A stretch of 60,000 nt of DNA from Lytechinus pictus (taxonomy: Eukaryota): contig NC_087246.1 in NCBI RefSeq assembly GCF_037042905.1, positions 6,202,001-6,262,000 on the forward strand, given 5' to 3'. Shown here piece by piece: positions 1 to 13,400 of the stretch (position 1 is its first letter; each line of letters opens with the position of its first letter). Both the position numbers and the translations under genes were made by a program. The notes below the pieces were generated by a model. That model ran no database searches. It saw nothing but the letters and a program-made list of their open reading frames with translations, and was not told the DNA's origin.

Positions 1-1807
1 AAGACAATTATTTTTGGGAAAAGTATCCTCAACAGTATTCATCGTTTCACGGATCAATGAACGCAAAAAATACGAATTTCAAATATCATAGGCAAGTATT
101 GTTTCATTTTGGTAACTGAAATGATCTTTCCTCAACTTTTTTTGTTATGTTCATGACCAATTAACATGCTTTAATGATTCAAATGCGTTTAATTAAACAT
201 TCACGCTTGAATGAACATGTGGAATGCGATTAGTTCTTTTTTACGTGATTGGAAAAAAATGCAAGTGCTAACTATGGATATTTGTCACAAACCTCCTTGC
301 ATCGTTCATTTGATTTGATTTTTATGAAAACCCCGATGTCTAATGCTTCAGTGAGCACACAATATAAACGAATTATGAAAATGAGAAGAAAGTTTAAGGC
401 CTTGGCCCCACTCTGTGCCATACCGAAAGATTATTTTGGTGTGCGCGCCTTTTGGATAGTGTTAATCTAAAGCTATGTGCGAAGTTTCATGAAAAAATTG
501 TTGGCAGAAGTAACAAAAACCGTCAATGAAACAAACCCTTAACCCTCATTTCATTTTTGTTAAAATTTTGACTTCCTCTCTCATAGACATTGTGTACACT
601 ATTGGTGCATATGTTTAAGAATAAGTGACCCCTTATTCAATATGGTGGAACTTTTTTTCAAGGCTGTCTTTAGCAATGTCATTTGGCAGTTATGTTTATC
701 AATCTATGGGCAGAATTCTGTGCAAAAATGAAATCGATATGTTTATTCATGGATGAGTGAGCATGCATCAAAGTGGGAAAGTGAATTAATTGCTGTTGTT
801 TTTATCATCTATCAGTTTTATCACCACACACTTTCCGAACTTTTTACATTTTCATGGTTGAGCGAGCACATTCGAAAAATTGGGAATGAATACTCTTTAT
901 ACTGCATAAATGCATCCTTTTCCTAACAATTTCTCAAGATCAGTTGAATTTATGGCAAATCAGTGGTGGATCCAGAATTTTGAAATGGGGAGGGGCCGAG
1001 TAATTGAGGGAGCCACCAGCATTTTCCAATTTTAACGTTTTAACAAGTTGTATATAGGGGATACTGCCATAAACCCCTATGATGATACGTCACAAAACAT
1101 TGTGCTCACTCAACCATAAACATACGATTTCAAAATTTTGTATGAAGTGGCTAAATGATGGATAGTAAAACAGCATTAACATCATGAAATTCACCTAAAA
1201 ACAACCTTTGCCCAACTTTGTATTTACACAATCTGAAAAACGACTCTTGTGACTTTCAAAAATTGTCATTTTTAATTCAATCTTTGATTACTCATGCATG
1301 ACCCAATCGATGAATCTCATTTTTCTCCAGGAGTTGCTTAATGAGTGTAGAAAACCACCTACGAAATTTCATATTTTAAAATTATTCCGTTCAAAAGTTA
1401 CAGCAATCTGATTTAGGGGGACTTACTTTTTTTGTTGTGTATATAATAGTTCGTTAATCATCCGGTTTTGATGTTTGATTAATTTCAATTCGTATTTTAA
1501 AATCATATCATCTATTGAAAGATTATTTCATGTAATCCCTCATTAATAAAACGTACTTTTTTAAGTCTCATAGATATGCAAGTGATATGATTCTGCTAAT
1601 CCTTTTATATCTATATTTTGTAAGTCCATGACTTTTATTTCTGAGTAGAATTATTTTCAATGAGTTCATATCTATGAATATTTACAGGATAGTAGAATAC
1701 AGAATATATTTTAAAGTTTAATTTTTACGACAGCTAGAATACTTCGGCTTCACAGTCTAATCATAAGCCTCAAACTGATAATGTAAATATATTTGTGTGC
1801 TACTCAC

Positions 1808-2023
1808 CTTGTTTTTTCATCTGCCTCTGCCATTTTCCTTAGATTAATAAGCTCTTCGTCTGACATGAGTACAGTGGCCGTGATCGATCTCCTTGTCGTT
1901 CTCCTGCCCTTCGGTGCATCACTTTTAGGTGCCGTCAATCCAACATTTTCCTTTCGACAAAAATCATCACGTCCAGTTTTCTTAAATTCTCAAATCTCTT
2001 TTGGGGTAATATTCCCATACATT
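1808..2023 (-). other. Orphan exon-like coding segment (...KGRRTTRRSITATVLMSDEELINLRKMAEADEKT) ending in an AG|gtgagt donor
   Basis: GC-richer island, about 60 open codons, consensus donor at 1807; in-frame TGA near 1990. Confidence 0.4.
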
Positions 2024-2854
2024 AGGACCTATAGGTCATTTCACTGAACAGTATACGTACAGTATGATTCCATTACAGCTTCATTTTGAGATTTGTGATT
2101 TATCATGCTTTCCGAAGACGTAAGATAAAAAAGAGACAATAATGTATATGGCAGAATACTAGATTGTTACAGTAAATGTGAATCTTGATAGGCATGCCAT
2201 AGCGATGGTGAGTATTCCGTGCAATACGATGAGTAAGAAATCGTGATTCATACATGATAATAGTACAAAGAATTACAAATACATTTTTCAAGAGAAATTG
2301 TATAAATGCGATTGAGATAAGCAAGTGATTATTACTATGTATACATGCAATTAATCTTTGCCATCATTAAAACGGTTACTTTCTTAGCAGAGTATAACTA
2401 GCTACCAGACAGTCACCATGGTTACCATCAATTTAAAATGCAGATTTATAAATACCTCTTTGTAGCAAGAGCTTATAGAGAGACTAGACGAATATATGCG
2501 GGCATGCTAAGAAATTGTTGTTAACAAAATAAAATAAAAGTAAGGAAGAGAACGAAAATCATATAAATGTAAAGAATCGGAAAAGATGCAATTATATACA
2601 TTTTAGTAATACAATATACATGGTAAATAGCGTAATGTAATATATAGGCTTTTTTCTTAATAATTAGACATGAGATGCATTTTTATAAGGATCATAATTC
2701 TACTACACAGCCAAGATGCATTGTATAATATAATAGAGAGAAATAAGAATAGTTCTGGATACATTCGTCAAGATGCAACATTCATTCCTACATTCAGAAA
2801 AAATGCAATTGTGTAACACATCAAAAGACCCTCAATAAATTCAACATTAATGAT

Positions 2855-3577
2855 TTTATTTTATACCTTTTTACATTTAAGGAAATGATCTAAACGTGTT
2901 CTTTTATACTTTACATTTCAAGTATTCTTTCAGCAAATTATTTGTTATCAAATGGTAGTCTCCACTGAAGAGAAGCCAAATTTGACTGATTTTATTTTCA
3001 GAAATTATCTCATTAAAAATATATATATATATATATATTTGGGTCGTTTGATATACATTTGATTTGACGTTTTAATTGAGATATGAACCTTTTGAAGAGT
3101 GCATTTTTCCCCGAAATTAATGAAAGGGGTCTTCTTAGAAAGATTAAAAAAAAACTATTTTCATTTTGAACTTAAAATCGTGAGCACTGTAAATATATAT
3201 AATATACAATTTTACCATTTTTTTAAAGTTATGATTTCCCTTTTTATAAAAGAATTTAATTATCAGAAAGTTCAATGGAATGATATGAATTAATTTTTGA
3301 ACACCATGAGTGATACATTTGTTACAGAAAAAGCACAAGAGTGTAATACAACCTTTCTTGTGCATGAAAATGAAAAATGCATTTGTTACAGAGAGAAAAG
3401 ATTGGACATTTCAACAAATCAACAGTCATGCAAATCTTTTATCATCCGTTAAACATAAATCGTGCAAAGTTACTCTACTAGTCATTTGTCATTTTGTACA
3501 CTATTATCATTCGTCTTGTAAAATTTTACCATACAATAAAATGACAGTGACTCTAGAAAACAAAGAAATTTTTTATT
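2855..3577 (-). terminator. Candidate polyadenylation signals in the AU-rich NOS 3' UTR
   Basis: Minus-strand AATAAA at 3572-3577, 2991-2996 and 2855-2860; which one is used cannot be determined. Confidence 0.3.
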
Positions 3578-4221
3578 CCTAAATAACATCTTCACTTTAA
3601 CATCACTGTAATTTCAAAACCAATTGTTACAAGATTTTTCTATTATTTGAATATTTACCAGTTTACATTCATAGTTCTTTACAGCCAGTTGCGAGTGATA
3701 ATGCAGCGTTAAAGAGTTGTAGTTTGCAGTGTGAGTTTGGTGCATTAAGACATTTTATATGACGGAGAGGACGCAGTATGTGTACTACCCAAATTTATAA
3801 AATTTCGAACAAGCAAGACAAGGATAGTTGAACATTCTCCTGCGCATGGAACAATGAAATATTTTGCTTTTATGTACACTCTTACTGGTTTTATCCAAAT
3901 TGTGTTGAAGTATTTCTGTGAAATCAAGCACCAGTGCATTTCTTCAGAACATATTAAGCAAACCAACTTGATTGAAATGTTTGAAACTTTGCTGCAATCT
4001 TGTAATACAACCATGCTACCATAACAGAGACAAGCAACAAACAAACATAATAACAAAGTATGAACGAATTTTCAACAAGTCCTGTTTATGATCATGCAAG
4101 TAAGACGCTACGAAAGTAGACATTCATACTCCTGAGGTTTATTTATCTGTTTCATTGCAATTCCAAGCAAAAGAAAGAAAGAGTCTGCATTGTCAAAGGA
4201 GGATGGCTGATCGCTTGATCA

Positions 4222-4446
4222 TCATTTCCTGGCTCCTCCTACCTTATTCAAAGATCTGATATCATCCGTGCTCCTTGCAGAGATGGTCCCGTTTCCGTTC
4301 TCGAATGGTTTGACCGCTGGTGTCAGTTTGTTACTACTATCTGTGATCAGCACCTGGGCACGACGAGCTGCTCTCTCCATTTTGGTCTGAATTTCAGCTG
4401 TTCTAATTGTCACGCCAAAGATGTCTTCGTGGTACCGGTTCGTATC
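4222..4446 (-). CDS. NOS1: NOS terminal coding exon ([16 protein letters not shown]...GGARK*)
   Basis: acag|GAT acceptor; TGA at 4224-4222. Confidence 0.92.
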   Translation of the reverse strand, partial: DTNRYHEDIFGVTIRTAEIQTKMERAARRAQVLITDSSNKLTPAVKPFENGNGTISARSTDDIRSLNKVGGARK

Positions 4447-7400
4447 CTGTTGACATCAAAAATTGTGATTCTTAATACTGATCTGCTGCAAGCATATTAC
4501 TCCAATGAAAAGAATTGCGATAGATTAAAATCAACTCAAATCGAGATTGTCTTAAATTAATCTAGATAGGAGAGAGGATTTATCAGACATATCGCAATTT
4601 AAATTAGATGAAAATCGTAAGTCTTTGTGAGATGGTGCCCAGGTCTTAGAGTAACTACTTGAGTTCACACGTTGTGTACATAAGAATAGATACCCATTTA
4701 AACAAACGTCTACAAATTTGTCTTTACAGTCATTGCACATTAAGCTCAGGTTTTCCAGATCATATATAGACTTATAATGAAGCAATGTTCTCTTATCGGG
4801 GGGAACCATGTCGATTTGGAATTGCCTTTCAGAAGACATTTACTCACCAATAATCATTGTCGAAGAGGACAATCGGTCGGTTATTTATTTTGGTTTCTGT
4901 TCCAACAAGCGTTCATGCCTTCTCATAAGTTAAGTGAAAAGATTTCGTTTCTGGGTTATAACTTATGCAAACATACCTTATATTTCTAAATTCTAATTTA
5001 TCAAAATTGATTGATCCCCACCTTCATTTTGGCGACAAAATCATGAGCCTCTTCTTGTGACATATCGCTCTGCTCAGCCAGGATGAGCTCAAGCCTTGAA
5101 CCAACATCAGCTGCCATCGAAACATCCCCACAAACATAGAAATGACCTCCATTCTTGCAGATAGTCTCATGAATCATCTTACCATGTTGCTGCATCATAT
5201 CTTGCACATATACCTTAACGACAACCACAAAACAAAAGAACGGATAAATGTTGTTAATCCCTGATACATTGACAATACCGGGTCAGTCTAGAGTGTTTAT
5301 TTTAACATAAGATGCCATCGTGAGTCAAAACAATTCCGAGTTCATTCTAGTGTTACCCAAGCTGTCAGGATAATTTGTATTCATTTAGTCGATTATATAT
5401 TCGTTAATAAAGGAAAGTATATCAAATAAGTAATCAATTATTCATTGTTAATCTTAAAGTAAAATATACGGTATAATCTAAATATAAGAGAAAGACACCT
5501 AGATTTTTTTGTACTATCATGGAGTTTGTTCAAAATTTCAAATAGGTATTGATTGTAACATACCTTCTTCTTGTTAGGCTCCCGAGAATACGCCGTTACA
5601 TTATTGATGATCGCCCTTTCCTTTGTTGCCGTCGCCTTCTCATCTTGATAGATATCATCGACCTTTGACCCCCGACAACCGAAGATAAGTGTGATGTCAC
5701 CCAGGATCTTACGACCGTCTTCCGCTTCCGGTTTGGTGAAACGAAGCTCGATCTGTCGCTGTTGCCAGAAGCTTCTGAAAGGTGCGATGCCAGTCCCAGG
5801 ACCGACCATGATAAGAGGCTGGGCTCGGTTCTCAGGCATGTGGAATGTTGGTGCCCTTAAAAAGATCCAAAAAATACTTAATTAGTTATATGATCATTAA
5901 TCAATTGGCCAAAACTGCTCTATTTGCGCCATACATGCCTCCTTTGCTCAAATACAGACTTTGTTTTACATTCTTGGTCACTGTCTTCATCGTCTGTTTT
6001 AAATAGTAATTTGAGCCTTCTCTCTTGCAAAAGGCTTTCCTAAAAGATGGTTCCTGAATGTTGAGATGTGCATTATTCGTTGAGAAATGTCTAGCATGAA
6101 GTTAATCTGTGCAAACTTTTCATAAAACTGAACAAAATCAATACAGTTCAAAATGCTTTCCCTCCATATAACTATCGTAATGCTAAGGTGGTCAGCTACC
6201 CTAACTGTACACGGAGAGTGAGAATGTGTATTGTAGAACCTGCTAAAAACTTTGATCCCTTTGTCTCTGGTCAAAGAATAAAAGATCTCTCACACTCTAG
6301 AATCCATCCCTTCTTTCTCCCTTTTACCGTTTCAATAATCACACTGAGAGACTGATAACTGATTAATATATCAACTTACTGTCTGATGAAGCAAGGCATA
6401 GGTTTCTTTAAATCCAGTTCATTCATCCATGATGAACACACACCACGATGGATAGGACCCCTTGGACCTGGATTATCAAACATAATTATGAAATTGTAAT
6501 TGATTATTTTAAATTCCCAGGAAGTATTTTTGATTGCAGAGTACTAGTTAAAGACTTCTGATTCAAAGGTACACGAAGCGCTATATAATAAGCAAATATA
6601 ATTATTATTATTTTCCTAAGACTATAAAACGATTTTATTTACCCGTTGTAATGTCTTGATCAGTAATAGTCATTGCCAACCATGAATCATGTTTTGTTGT
6701 TTTTACATAGCAATAGTTCTGATTTGAAAGAACTGAGTTCATTTTCCGAGCTTGCTGTGAATACATTCTTCATGAACTATAACAAAACAAAAATAATTCC
6801 AAAACAAACATTTAGAGGTCAATCATTCCCATAACTGGAACTGTTTAACTGAATGCTCATAATAATATTCAGTGAAAGAAGATGGTCTAGGACTTACATA
6901 CCTTTGACTCTGTACTCAACAACCGCGACAGTAGCATGGATCTCCCCTGGGAACATCTTAGGACTAGATGAGATGGAGTAATATCGTGCCTTTAGGATGG
7001 CCAGCTCGGTCAGAAGGAAGCTAGCACTGACCTTTACTGAAGGGAATTGCTCAAGCACTTCTGGAAGGTTCGGGCTATGTTCATACTTCCATACCTCATA
7101 GTTGCTACCACCCTACAGGAAAGAAGCAAGAAATCACCAGTTATTGTTATGCTCATGGAACAATTTTGTACAAGACTTCAGATGGTTAGCATATTTTCCA
7201 GGTACCAGAGACTACACAAAGTGCAATTACACAAGGTACAATTACACTAGCGGGAATGGCAAATGCTAGCTGATAAACACTGCTGCAATCGTCTTGGGAA
7301 ACTAATTTTAAGAAGAGAGCATTGGCTTACCTTGCCCAGAACAGCGAGGGCATTTTCTTCATTCTTATCGGTAGCTTGGGTTGATAGAAGACGGAGGAAG

Positions 7401-10400
7401 TCTGGTGTCGGGGGTATAGTGATATCTAGGTAGTTTGTGAGAGCTTCTCGGATGGAACATTTCGGGAGGCGCTCGGTGTCGTGCCATGCCTTGATCACAC
7501 CTGCAGAAAAGGGAAGAGGAAATGAAAGAATAATTGTATAGAATGCTTGACGCAGAATTTGAAAATAAATTAGTTGGCAGGCATTCTGAAAAAAATATTT
7601 TTATGACCCACGTCACTTGCATGTGTTACACTCACAGAGGATATCAGAGAGAGAGAGAGTGCAACATAATGGCCTGCAAAAATCTTCCACCATGATGAGC
7701 CAATATGTACTTGCACATGCGCAGTCAGTTCGGCAACTTCCGGGGTTCGGCCTTATTTTCGAACGATTTTTAGGCCTATCGATGTAATTTAATTTCCGTT
7801 TCGGACTCTCTTACAAAATATTTATTGTTCATTGTAATTATTTATTTGTACAACCAATATCGCCTTGTCATACATGGTGTTTAAATCTTCGTCAGTATTG
7901 TTTAACGGAGTAACCTGGGGCTATAGCTCTCTTTACTGTAATTGACGATACTAGAAAATCTATCGTAATAATTCAAAAGTTAATGTTCTAAAGTGCAGTG
8001 TTGAGTATATTATGTGTTAGTACGACTGATGTATGTCCATGAGCTTGAGTTGTTAGTGTGCAGATATATGCATGAGTATGAGTGTATATTATGTTGTTTG
8101 TATATTACAATACTTGTTGATGAAATCTTATGTAATCAAATAATTATAAATCTCGAAGTAAAATAATGATGCATCGTTTAAATTGACTTCCGATGAACGA
8201 AAATGAGCTTGGAAAAACAGATGGACTTGATATCATATTCATAGTAGGTTAGAAGTTATTATTCTCAATTGAGTTTACAACCATTGCGATCAAGTGTCAT
8301 CATAAACTTCATTAAGATATTAATCATGTACAAAGATAAAATCTTTATCTCACCAAAATTATTACGTAGATGAGAGTGATATTCATTGGCGTACTATAGA
8401 CCTAGTGTAATTAAAAGCAATCATTATTACTTTAGCCTGCACTGGGGCACTTTTTTCGGGGGGGGGGGTGCTTTTTCACTACCAAAAAGGAAAGAAAGAA
8501 GGGTGAACTATGATATTATTTTCTCAGAAAATAGTGCTATGACAAAATCTATCCCCTAACTAAATTTTGGTAATAAAACTGTTGATTTTTTTGCTTGCTT
8601 TGCTTGCTCGTAACTTTAACAAATTTTGTCCGATATTCCATATCTGGCCCCCTCAAAATATTTGGTTCATTACCCCACTGCTAGCCTGTATTTGATACAT
8701 ACATCACAAAGAATAGAGCAGAATGAAACATCATATCACGAGTGATGCGAACTCGAAGAAAATTAGATCACTGGCCGTTTGTTAATTTCTGAGTGTACAC
8801 ACATTATAATTCTCATAATATGGCACTAATGAAAGAATAAATAACGGCTGCGTGAATGAACAAATGAACTAATGAAATACGATTATATTATAAACAATAA
8901 ATAATAATAGCAATAATAATATAAAAATGATATTTAGCTTTCATTCTGTAACTCACCATCTTCTATATCTTCGTCGAAAAACATGCCTGTATTATTCAAT
9001 ATTTGAAATTTAAATCAAATCTTCTTCTTAACAAAATTAATCTAACAAAAAAAGAAACATGCATGGATGAAGACAAAGCATCGAAATATTTTATTTCGGG
9101 TTTAATGCATGCAATAAAAGCTAGATTTAAAGCAAATATATATTATAAAATAAACTCTTCCAGTTTTTTTTCCTGGCGAGATTCAAGAAAGGAAACAATA
9201 GAACGATGCTATGGATCACTTATTATATTGAAACCTAAAGAGGAATACTTTCATAAATCATTCAGAGTCAGTATTGTTCCCTTTGTGTGTTTGTTCTAGA
9301 GTTTTAGAATGTAGTGGTTTAGCGACGTTAAATGTCTCTTTCAATGTTACAGTTGATTTTTATATATATATATAAAATCTTTTGTGTGTATTCAATGTAA
9401 TCTAGGAATGTGTGTTATGCCAAATCTAATTCCACTCTCTAAATTCTAAAATGCAGTGGTTTAGCAATATGAATGTTAAAACTATGTTTTGAGTGTACCT
9501 AATGTAGTCTAGGTCGTCATGGTCTAGTATATCTGTGGTGTCAAATCTGATTACGCTCTATAATATGATTATTTAGCACACAAACTATCAATTAGGAGTT
9601 AGTATCCCCATTTTCTACCATTAATGTCAAATAAATAAAGGGACTATATCGACAGGACGCAGGTTGTAATACGCGCTGCCATGGTTGTGAAAGAATAAGC
9701 AACACTCTATTTTATTATTGTATTCTTTTTACAACAAAGCTTTAATAAAATGATCATTGGTGAATAAAAAATCCCCACAAACTGATTAGAAGAATCCTGC
9801 ACAAATAGTTGGGAAGTCACTACAATGTCACTATAATGTTTGATTGTACGAAACAAAATGAGACAGGAGTGGTTAGGAGAATATTGCTAGCATTCTCACT
9901 CCGTTAGTCACAATCTACTCGAAAGAGTAAGTAACTGTAGTTTGAGACGCAAACTGGCTCTCCAGAAGGACGATCAGCCATTATAGAAAATCATATTTTT
10001 GAAATTTTGGGTAATGCACTGTCAAACTATATATTTCACATAAATTTCAAACTACAAGAACCTCTTGGTTATTCATTTTGTTTTATTTGCCACTGTCGAT
10101 GAAACCACGATATTCACCGAGTAACTCTTATCCTTATTTTGACTGAGTTTTGTTTTAAAAACCCCAATGCATTTAAGGGGATAATGAGGTAGATTAGAAG
10201 GTATAGGGGTGATGTAAGAGATAGAGAAGGGATCAATGAGTATCCACCTACCAAGAGCTGTCTGCTTCTGCTGTTGGAATTCAACCTTAATCACTGTATC
10301 CATAGAGTACTCGCAATCAATGTACTTAAGAACACGGTCTACCAAGTTCTTGTTATTGGCTGGACAGATGGCCACGTGATCACCAGGTTCGTAAAGAAGT

Positions 10401-13400
10401 TCTGAGGCACCTTGGGTATCCAGACGTACAAAGATGGTGGATCGTCTGAAGAGAAAATGTAGAATGAAATTGAATTAAACGATTAAACCAAACTTCAATT
10501 GCATAAAACACAATATTCTTTTTTTATACTGCACCGAGAAGGAGATACTCCGTAGTTGTCTCCCCAAGCACACCAACCTCTACATAATGTGATAGCGTTT
10601 TGAACTCAATGTCAAAACTTGTTTTACAATGTATCTATAATGTCTGACTCTGGATCACCATAAGAATGAAAAGTACTTTTTTCGGCAAATTGTCTTTCTA
10701 TACGGCTATTAAGGAATGAAGAAAGATAAACTCACTCTGAGTTTTTTGCTTGAAGTTCCATGCGTTCAGTAAGAAGACACGGAAGGACCGTCTTGCCATG
10801 TAATACTGAAAGTCCTGCATTGAGTTCATCACTCTTGAGGGCTGCCTCTTCGCCAACGGATACCCGGAATCTCTGAGGGTTCCAACTGTTCTCGTTCTTG
10901 TTCAGGGCCTCGCTTGCAGCCACAAGGTTGACACCATCCTTGATACAGAACACCTCACATGCCGCCTACACAACATTAATAACAAAGAATCTTCATTATG
11001 GTTTGGGTTATCACAAACGAACCGGTTCCAGACCGAATGACTTAACAACGGTCGGTTTGGAGTCGGTTTCGTTAGTGCGAATGCCGTATGATGTTTGAGG
11101 TGATAAAACAGCCATATTAACAATCTTATTAGAGATATATATACATCTTTTAATTTTAGAAAATAAGACAGAACAAACATCATGGGAACTAGTCCCAATG
11201 AAAACAAATCAAGAATACTTGAACAAACTAATTCATTAACCCAAATTAAAAAATTAAATTTAAAATACATGTTGGATATCACCAGAAAATATCTAACTTG
11301 GTCAAACAATACTCAATAAATAAGCCTAACCCTAGATAGAATTTCCCTTACTGTCGAATAAAAAAATAATTACTCCTTATCAATAATCGAGCACTGAACA
11401 TTCCTGACGAAGAAAGTAATGCTTTTCAGTTTGGCGTTCAATATTTATCGTATTTTGAGAGATCAAAACTTTTCAGAGATATTAATTTCATTTACTTGAC
11501 CCTTTTATGAATCGATATGCTTCGTGTCTTTGAAGATTGGTTTACATTTCATATTTTTATTATCTAAACATGCTAAACATATCCTGTTATTGTATGTAAA
11601 TTATTTCAAATTCGACTTTTAAGAAACTCTTTATATCCCGTAGCCTAAAACTGACTATTATTACTGTAGATCAGTGGTTATGGGAACTACCGAAGCAACA
11701 TATCACAGCGTGTGCCACAAGCCCATGCACCACTACCACTTTACCATACTGGCAAAGTTTAACCATACAGGCAGGGAGTTTCCGTGATAATATTAAGTTG
11801 TTTCTATGCAACGACATCCTGAACTTGAGCTCGGCTGGAAGACTCACCTTGAAGACATCTTTGGCCCACCTCCTGAAAGCATCTTCTTGACCACCTAGCT
11901 CATCCCCTTCGCCCATTGGGTTAATCCTTTCACCTCCAAGATTACTAATCAACTGATCTACTGTACGAGCATACGCACAGAAGTGAGGATAAGCACGGGA
12001 TCCCAGACCAAATACTGAGAATCTACAAACGAACATTGAGCAAGCAGAGGGGGGGGGGGGGGCAAAACAAAAACATTTGGTTAGTTATTGTCGGATATTC
12101 AAATAAACACTACGTACTGAAGAAAGAAAATGCAAGATATCAGAGATATTCCGCAGATATTAAATTACGTATCTTCTACATAATTATGTAAATGTATATA
12201 TCTTCATTACAGAGCTTGGGGTGTTATCTTTTGAACACAAACAATGTTGATGGGGAGACAATCTACCTAGTGTTTTAATGAAGGATACACTTACCTAACG
12301 TTAGCAAGTATTCCTGAGCTCTCGTCAAGTTTAGCCATGGAGCTGGCTCGATGTACTGGCTTGTTTGGTTTATTGTCGAATCGAATAGACCGAAGACTAA
12401 ACAAAACAGAGGACAAGATGAAATATTCAATACACATATCATACAATTCCTAGTGTTTGCAAATTAAAATGGTTCCAAGAACACACTTTTCAAACTTATG
12501 CTCTTTTTACAGCAAATCCTTAGTTTGCATTTAGCTAAAATTGGTATAGTAGTCATTACATCGCAAATCAACCATTGTTTTGCTAATAATATCCTGTTCA
12601 AACTAATGGAGGGAAGAGGGCTATTGATCCCCGATAAATTCGATTTTTGTAAACAAAAATATATAATATATGATTTGCCACGTGTATATAGTCTACTCAA
12701 GATCATTAGCTCATTATTTGTTTTAATATCAACTTATAAATAAGCAGAATGAAGGTTTTGTAACAAGAAATACTGTCTAATAATCGAGAAGTTGCCAGGC
12801 TAAAAAAAATCAGATAAAACACAGCCCAAGATTAAGCACGAAAGAGGGAAAGAGAGAGAAGAGCAAATTAGAATATTTTGCTTGAAAACATGTCTAATTA
12901 TTTTCCCACATTGTGGCATTGTACATGTTGTATGAAAGATATGTATGATGTAGGTATATTTATATAGCTGCTCGTCAACATAATATCGCATTAATCTATT
13001 CGAGTCGATAGAAAAATTAAATCTCCTGAACAAAAACGTGTAAAACATTATCCACCAAAGAGGAGATATATGATATTAGTTTTTAGGATTTGATAAGTTA
13101 GTAATCCTAAATACGAGTAATGAATAAATTACCACTATGCAACACAATGTTTACAAATCATTATGCAAAGTTAGCAAAAATAAAAAGGAAAATAATCAAA
13201 ATATTATAAAGCGTGAAGCATTTAGTCCGAAACACTACGAATATTGCGGCAAAAAATCATAAAAACAAATGTGAAAGCAGACAGAAAACGAAAGCGGTGT
13301 TAAAACATTTACAAATAGGTGCAAAATTAATATTTCATGCAAGTTGTATAACCGCACATATATATATTTTTTTAATATTTAAACATTAACATGTTAATCA

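Noticed and set aside
4222..4233. Peroxisomal targeting signal at the C-terminus (ARK)
   Set aside because: PTS1 needs a terminal L/M; ARK does not fit
11390..11445. Penelope-type hammerhead (ctgacga agaaagtaatgctttt); similar partial cores at ~2965 and ~25823
   Set aside because: Catalytic GAAA is absent; at best degenerate relics
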